Shown here piece after piece: positions 62,842 through 64,000 of a DNA stretch of 64,000 nt. Where the stretch lies: positions 195,347 through 259,346 of the forward strand of contig CAVPCQ010000016.1 of NCBI GenBank assembly GCA_963702425.1, in the 5' to 3' direction. The translations under genes were made by a program, and so were the position numbers. Below the pieces are notes generated by a model. That model saw nothing but the letters and a program-made list of their open reading frames with translations. It had not been told where the DNA came from and did not search any database. Origin of the DNA: an uncultured Acidobacteriota bacterium (lineage in GTDB: Bacteria; Acidobacteriota; Polarisedimenticolia; J045). The number at the start of each line of letters is the position of its first letter. The first letter of the stretch is position 1.

Positions 62842-64000
62842 CCCGGCCCCTCGTCACGCTGCTGGGCGCGCTGGCCGTCACGGCCGGGGCCGGGGCCGGG
62901 ATGCTGCCCGCGGCGGCGCAGGACCTCGCGCCGCGCCGGGGGTTCAAGGTCGAGATCGTCGAGCCGAAGAGCGGCGGGGTCGTGTCCGGCAAGACGACCC
63001 TCCGTGCGGCGGTCTCCGCCCCCCGCGAGGAGGACATCGAGCGCGTCGACTTCTACGTCGACGACAAGCTCGTCTTCAGCGACACCGCCCCGCCGTGGCA
63101 GGTCGTTCACGACTTCGGCAGGAAGGGCGGGACGCACGTGGTGCGGGTCATCGCCGTCCACCGCGACGGCCCGACCACCTCGGCCTTCGTGGTCACGAAG
63201 TCGGTCGACCTCCAGTTCGTGGTCAACGTCCAGCGCGTGGTGCTCGACGTCTCGGTCCGCGACGCCCAGCGCCGGGTCGTGCAGGGACTGGGCGTGGACA
63301 ACTTCACCGTGACCGAGTCGGGCAAGCCGCAGAAGGTCCTCTCGGTCTCCACCGACAAGCGGCCGCTCGCGGTGGCGATCGTGCTCGACAGCTCCGGCTC
63401 GATGAAGGAGCGGATGGCCGAAGCCCAGGAGGCGGCCTGCGACTTCGTCGGTGCGCTGACGGAGAAGGACAAGGCGCTGGTCATCAACTTCGACGACAAC
63501 GTCTTCCTGATCCACCCCGACTCCTCCGACCACGGTCGCTGTGCCGCTCGCTCCGCTCGACCGAGGCGCTCGGCGGCACGGCGCTCTACGAGGCGCTCCG
63601 CGCCGCCTACCGTCTGCTCCACGAGACGCCCGCGGAGCGCCGCGCGATCGTCGTGCTCTCCGACGGCGACGACACGCAGTCGCGGATCTCCTTCGAAGAA
63701 GTGCGGGACCTGGCGCGGCTGTCGGACGTCACCGTCTACGCGATCGGCCTGCAGACGGGGGCCCTCAGCAAGGCCCGGCAGGTGCTGCGCGAACTCGCCG
63801 ACGAGACCGGCGGGCGGGCCTTCTTCGTGACCGAGGCGAAGGAACTCGCCGGGACGTACGAGACGATCGCGGAGGAACTGCGCACGCTCTACCAGGTGGT
63901 CTACGCCTCGGACAACCAGACCTTCGACGGGCGTTTCGTGCCGATCGGGGTCGAGGTCGGCGGGATCCCTTCCCGCGCCGACATCCGCTACCGCCGCGGC
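62838..64000 (+). CDS. Ig-like + VWA (VWFA-related) domain protein; frameshift ~63535; runs off window
   Basis: RVDFYVD Ig-like domain, VLDSSGSM MIDAS, GGTALYEA, VLSDGDD, ETGGRAF. Confidence 0.85.

Overview
Very GC-rich bacterial chromosome segment. Gene content (TPR Ser/Thr kinase, sulfatase-like-TPR protein, VWFA-related protein) suggests Acidobacteriota, which is an inference. At least 14 otherwise intact genes are split by indels, most likely uncorrected long-read errors. Left part: O-methyltransferase, tRNA-Pro(UGG), YchF-like ATPase, kinase, VapBC module, selA, TetR regulator, a LemA/TPM operon, six peptidase genes, a wbpB-like oxidoreductase, a porin and gcvP. Middle (~31.5-50 kb): a compositionally distinct Wzx/Wzy surface-polysaccharide island with gmd/fcl, WecG/TagA, two GT4, two GT-C-like proteins, two methyltransferases, an acyltransferase, a secreted GH127 and an IS3 scar. 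Right part: a DUF2283 TA-like pair, galE, DedA, GH57, GalT-like, purD-purE-mtaB, and TPR/VWA genes. I cannot identify a complete novel system with confidence. The best leads are non-coding: convergent 31-bp-period repeat arrays upstream of galE; a GTAG-REP family with covarying subtypes, including a tandem amplification and an in-frame pair inside mtaB; a second hairpin family that supplies the galE stop; and a recurrent leaderless -10/N6-7/start architecture.
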